Part shown: piece by piece, positions 38,297 through 64,000 of the stretch
How the letters are laid out: the number at the start of each line of letters is the position of its first letter
How positions within the stretch are numbered: position 1 is the first letter of the stretch
Origin: Bugula neritina
Taxonomy: Eukaryota > Animalia > Bryozoa
Length of the DNA stretch: 64,000 nucleotides
Direction: 5' to 3'
Assembly: GCA_964035545.1 (NCBI GenBank)
Contig: OZ037770.1
Span: forward strand, 8,252,973 to 8,316,972
The notes under the pieces: generated by a model
The model's input: the letters and a program-made list of their open reading frames with translations, nothing else
What the model was told of the DNA's origin: nothing
Database searches by the model: none
Program-made: the position numbers and the translations under genes

Positions 38297-39780
38297 TAGT
38301 ACTGCTACTTTCAGTTGTCTCATTCATGTTACATCTATTTCAGGTATCTCTACACAAACAGAGCATGTACCTCTACTCTTCAGGTGTTGCAACATACATT
38401 TAACACCCTTGCAGTTCTGTGGAAGATGCAAGATGGCTGTCAGTCTATAAACTCAATTAACAGTTTCTCTCTTTTCCAGTGTTTCAACATCTACTCTTGG
38501 ACTATAGTATTTACCAATGTGAGTTTATTCTCTTTGATCTTAAGGTTTCAATGCACACATATATAGTTGATTTCTTGTCACTACAGTTGCTCCTGAATGT
38601 GCTGGTCGATCGTTTCATATTTAAGGCCCTGAAAGGATTCTGTGTATCAGGTATAATGAAACACAGCAGCAATATAACCAAACTAGTGCTCACTTGTGTC
38701 TCCATCACGGTCAGTACTCTGATTTCGATGGCTCTGTTTGACCTTCAGATAACCTTGTACTTTGTCATCTCTCTGTCTTTCATTCTGATTGGATTGCCTC
38801 TCTATATGCTGGGATCACAAGATATCAGCAAGTGGCTCTAAGGTGCTTGTCGGGCACTTGTCAGTTGTTTCTGGCATATTCAGCAGTTACTCTCTATGGT
38901 GTCTGCCACTAAATGTTGTAATACAGCCGACTTGGTGTGAGGCTATGAGTAGATTGTCGGGAGTCTAATTACACGTCTAGGAAAATTTACTCTACCAAAT
39001 TACATGTCAGCTCCTTAAGACTTGAGAAATGTTTTTGAAAGTTTTTTTGTATAAATATTATAGCAAATGTGACAAGTTCTTTCTATACATTTTCTGTCTT
39101 CCATTCCGTTTTATATTAGACACTCTGCACTAATTTGCTTCTTTAGTACTGTACAACTTTTATACACAATTACTTTGTGAACTTGTTTTATGTTTTGGTG
39201 CTAACAAACCAGCTTTTTAGCTGTCAGCTTCCATGTGTAATTAAAAATAAGTTTTATTTGTTGTCTTGTATATTGTGCATTTATTTAAAGAATAATTGTT
39301 GAATTTGAATAAACAATGAAATGCTGTACTGTAAAATATGATTTAGCTAAGACTATGTAAGTCCCACAACCGATAATGTCATTTTGATTGCTTCTACGGG
39401 CTGTTATATAAAAAATTTCGTATAATGCATATTTTTGTTGGCCATCAAATTATATCTACTGCTGGTACTCAACTTTTTATGTTGGAGTTATCTCTAATAG
39501 CTACTCTGAAACAAGCTGCCATTGCAATATTATTTGCTATAGCATCAGCACTACTGTTAGTAAGACAAACAGATGCTCCAACATGTGTACCAACATGCTT
39601 AACAGAGTCAACAGATGTGATTGGTTGAATATACGGAGTTGCATACAGTTTTATTCGCCCTTTTTAATGCTTGCAGGACTACAGCATTACTATTGCTGTT
39701 GTATTTGGGAGTTATCTTGTCACAGTTATGACCCTGCTTTACGTTGCTTTGTTTGAATGCTACTCATTAATAAAAATTTT

Positions 39781-40386
39781 CCCCTAAGTACACTTTGCTG
39801 TATCATAGGCCATAACGTAAAATGTCAGCCAATTTTACAAAGTTCCGAGCTTCCAGTACGGCATTGCAGTATGTCAGCATCAAGCACTGCTTGTTTCAAA
39901 CAACTTGCGGCGCGCTCCTATTGAACAGGAAGACATTCACGTCAATTTATTAGATATAACTGTCCAATGATGTGCTATAGATTGTACCCAATAGCGGACT
40001 TTGAGAACTTTAGCTCGGGCATATTAATATCTGACATTTTACGTTACGGCGCACGATAAAGCAATTACCCGTCATTCACACTTTGCTGCACCGTATGCCG
40101 TACCATAAAATACCAGCCAGTTTTACAAATGTCTGAGATTCCTGTACGGTGCTACGGTATGCTAAGATCAAGCATTGCTTGATTCAAATAAGTTGCTGCG
40201 GGCTCCTATTCGACAGAAAAACTTCTGAGTTAACTAATTGGATATAACTGTCCAATGAAGTGTCATAATTCGTACCTAATAGTAGACTTTGAACACTTCA
40301 ACCCGGGCACATTAAAATGGCTGGTATTTTATGTTCCGGCGTAAGATATGGCAAAAGTGTGAATGACGGGTTAGTGTGTCTAGGTG
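39781..40386. mobile_element. Older MITE with a related MITE (40068-40370, TTA TSD, PIF/Harbinger-like) inserted in its right TIR
   Basis: Inner element: tta|CCCGTCATTCACACTTT...AAAGTGTGAATGACGGG|tta; 39790-40063 is a diverged direct copy of the same body. Confidence 0.7.
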
Positions 40387-41177
40387 GTAAGCTAAAAACA
40401 ACTATGATATGTGTATAAGGTGTGGATCATTTTATAAGAGTAATTTGCCATTTGCTTCATTTTCTAATATATATTTGGTCAGAAATAACACGTTCTATAA
40501 AAGCAAGTACAATTACATCTTTGCTGTATTAGAATAGATCACTGAAGCCACATAAATACTTAATACTATTTGTTACAAACTGTAAAACTCTAAGCACACT
40601 ACACTTAATAAACCTTGCCTCAATGATGTTCTTCAGAATTAGAAGTTGAATTTTAATAGCACATCGTTTACTAGATACCATGTGTTAAAATCTATTAGAC
40701 AATTGAGACCAGTTTTGATTGTACTGTGCTTTGACCTTAGAAATACCATATAAAATATTTCGGACTCACAAAAGCTGGCAATAATCAAAGTAATTAAATA
40801 TCTATTAACAGAGAATATGCAAAATAGAAAGGTACTCGGTACTGGAACTTTTCCTATGAGCTGTTGAAAGTGGCCTAACAGTATAAAAAAATTGAAAGAA
40901 AAGTATAAAACACTCAGTAGAAGTAGACTATAGATGGCTGTAAAAATGTTATGTAATTGATTAATTTTTACGTCTTGAACCTTTTCTCTGTTCATTTCTT
41001 CTTAAAATTTATTTGCCCTACAAGAAAGGTGACCAAGTTATTGAATACAGTGAGACACGAGAGAAAAATGGCGCTAAATGACTACCTAGAATACGTCACA
41101 TAAACAGATCAGCCTTTTATCTTGAACCAGCAACAATTTAAAATATTGACACGCGTTAAGTTAGTACTGAAGGACAC

Positions 41178-62666
<21,489 letters not shown>

Positions 62667-62719
62667 CTGTATAATATGAAAATATAGTTAAAAATGTAAT
62701 AAATAGCTAAATAGACACG

Positions 62720-63399
62720 TGTAATGGCTTTCAGTGGTGCAAATTATGTTAGTATTAAATCGAAAGGGTCGACTCTATAATGTATGCTATAGTGGAGTTC
62801 GACTACATCGACCTCCTGCGACTTGTAACTACGGTAGACAGTTGTGGTAAATATTAAGAGTTATCCCCCTTGACACTTTACTTATGGCTATTTTTCTAAA
62901 TACTGTAATCATAGCTAATTATGTAGCGTGACTTTCTAATACCTTAAACACTATGGCTAATGTTGAGCTTTTAACATAGTAAATAGTTAATCCCCTTTCC
63001 CCCAATTACAAGTTACAATACGCATACACTTGGTTGGGTTCATTTTTGTTGATTCATGTAAACCAACAGTTGGACCGATTTCGGCAGGTTGATGCAGGCA
63101 GACCGAATGTCGGTTACCGATATTTCCAGTGTCGGTTACCGACATGACGAATGTCGGTATCCCCTGCCGAACATCGGCCCGCTGTCGGTGGAAGGTTCTA
63201 GAGGTCCTTTGTTCTACCAGTATAAAAGGACACGCATTTTAGAGCTTCAGTCACTTGCGGACTGGAGCTCACACTGGATACTTCTCACTGCTACAATAAA
63301 GTACTGCAAGCACACGGCAACCTCTCTCTCTTGTCTCTTCTATAACAAGGAGTTATGTTCTCTGCCTGATTTCATTCTATCACCCACAAAACTACTACA
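62720..63399 (+). repeat. 5' LTR (680 bp)
   Basis: TGTAATGG...CTACTACA termini; TATAAAA at 63221; AATAAA at 63295. Confidence 0.85.
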
Positions 63400-63400
63400 T

Positions 63401-63418
63401 TGGTGGCAGCAGTGGGAT
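63401..63418 (+). promoter_or_regulatory. Primer binding site, tRNA-Leu-like
   Basis: TGGTGGCAGCAGTGGGAT 1 nt after the LTR; resembles the complement of metazoan tRNA-Leu 3' ends (TGGTGGCAGCGGTGGGAT). Confidence 0.75.
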
Positions 63419-63462
63419 CAGAATAGTCAGGCAGCCCTTGGAAGAGACAAGGAGCTAGCCAA

Positions 63463-64000
63463 ATGTCAAGGACACCAGAAGATGGAGGAGAGGCTCTCAC
63501 CCTGGAGAGCCTAGTAACTGCCCTCCGAGCAATCGGCCCGGCTTACCCGGCACCACCTCTCGACAGGTATCGCCTTCAGCCGCCGATTTTCGGAGGAGAC
63601 TGCGACGTGGAGCAGTTTATCAAAGAATTCGAAGATGTTGCTACCATCGCCGCATGGCCGGCACCGGTACGTCTTCTACAGCTGCGGTCATGTCTGACTG
63701 GACCAGCTAAGAACTACGCTGTCGGAGAGAGTGTTGGGCAGATCTATCAGGCACTCCGGACACGGTTCGGTCTGACTGCTAGAGAAGCCCGAACCAAACT
63801 CCAGAACATGAAGAGGGACAGAAGGACCTCGCTGCAAGACCATGCTAACGCCATTGAAAGACTGGCATTGATAGCATACAGCCGAACCGCTTTGGATGAG
63901 CGGCGGGAGCTAGTCTACGAGGCCTTCTTCAGTACTGTCAACGACAGCGCTCTACAGAAGCATTACCTGGCCGCCAAGATTTCCACGATCGAGGAAGCTC
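63463..64000 (+). CDS. gag: Gag (capsid) N-terminus, runs off the window; not in the ORF track
   Basis: MSRTPEDGG...PPIFGGDCDVEQFIKEFEDVATIAAWP...LRSCLTGPA...ALRTRFG; open frame to the window end. Confidence 0.85.
   Translation, partial: MSRTPEDGGEALTLESLVTALRAIGPAYPAPPLDRYRLQPPIFGGDCDVEQFIKEFEDVATIAAWPAPVRLLQLRSCLTGPAKNYAVGESVGQIYQALRTRFGLTAREARTKLQNMKRDRRTSLQDHANAIERLALIAYSRTALDERRELVYEAFFSTVNDSALQKHYLAAKISTIEEA

Larger units (their letters stand above)
62720..64000 (+). mobile_element. Second LTR retrotransposon (Gypsy-like), 5' end, in an intron of RPTP copy 2
   Basis: Similarity to the paralogous intron (56341-56384) stops at 62719; LTR, PBS and gag follow. Confidence 0.9.

Noticed and set aside
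37055-38323. Long ORFs (422 aa poly-Ala/YSHNST, 356 aa LIHITV, NKSKYC repeats)
   Set aside because: Translations of the 24-bp satellite and CAG/CTG tracts; no coding context
38326-38940. Possible degraded minus-strand coding remnant (…CKGVKCMLQHLKSRGTCSVCVEIPE) and a hydrophobic plus-strand ORF 38479-38841
   Set aside because: Multiple stops and no motif I can assign; would need tBLASTx against TE libraries
63089-63514. 141-aa ORF from the track
   Set aside because: Lies mostly in the LTR and PBS; the real gag frame starts at 63463

Overview
AT-rich animal (invertebrate-like) genomic DNA. Most of the window is two tandem paralogous multi-exon genes on the minus strand: copy 1 at ~5490-32054 (first exon not found) and copy 2 at 41178 to beyond 62666. 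Both encode R3-subtype receptor tyrosine-phosphatase-like proteins: FN3 array, CNGPLK membrane-proximal region, one TM helix, one PTP domain and a long acidic Tyr-rich tail; copy 1 also shows an N-terminal mucin-like exon. Hand-spliced, both PTP domains carry degenerate catalytic motifs: both have KNRT and WPS, copy 1 also has HCSAGVGHT, and copy 2 has MVRT. The ectodomains use the same phase-1 FN3 cassettes (types A and B) in different number and order. This suggests a variable-ectodomain pseudophosphatase receptor family. Several introns are built of tandem copies of their own exon end plus splice donor. Other elements: a Ty3/Gypsy element whose Pol has a C-terminal C2H2 zinc-finger/coiled-coil extension (1-4898), the 5' LTR and gag of a second Gypsy (62720-64000), a 5'-truncated LINE next to a splice donor, several MITEs, tRNA-derived SINE fragments and minisatellites. 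Exon boundaries were read by eye from GT/AG sites and phase; nothing was checked against databases.
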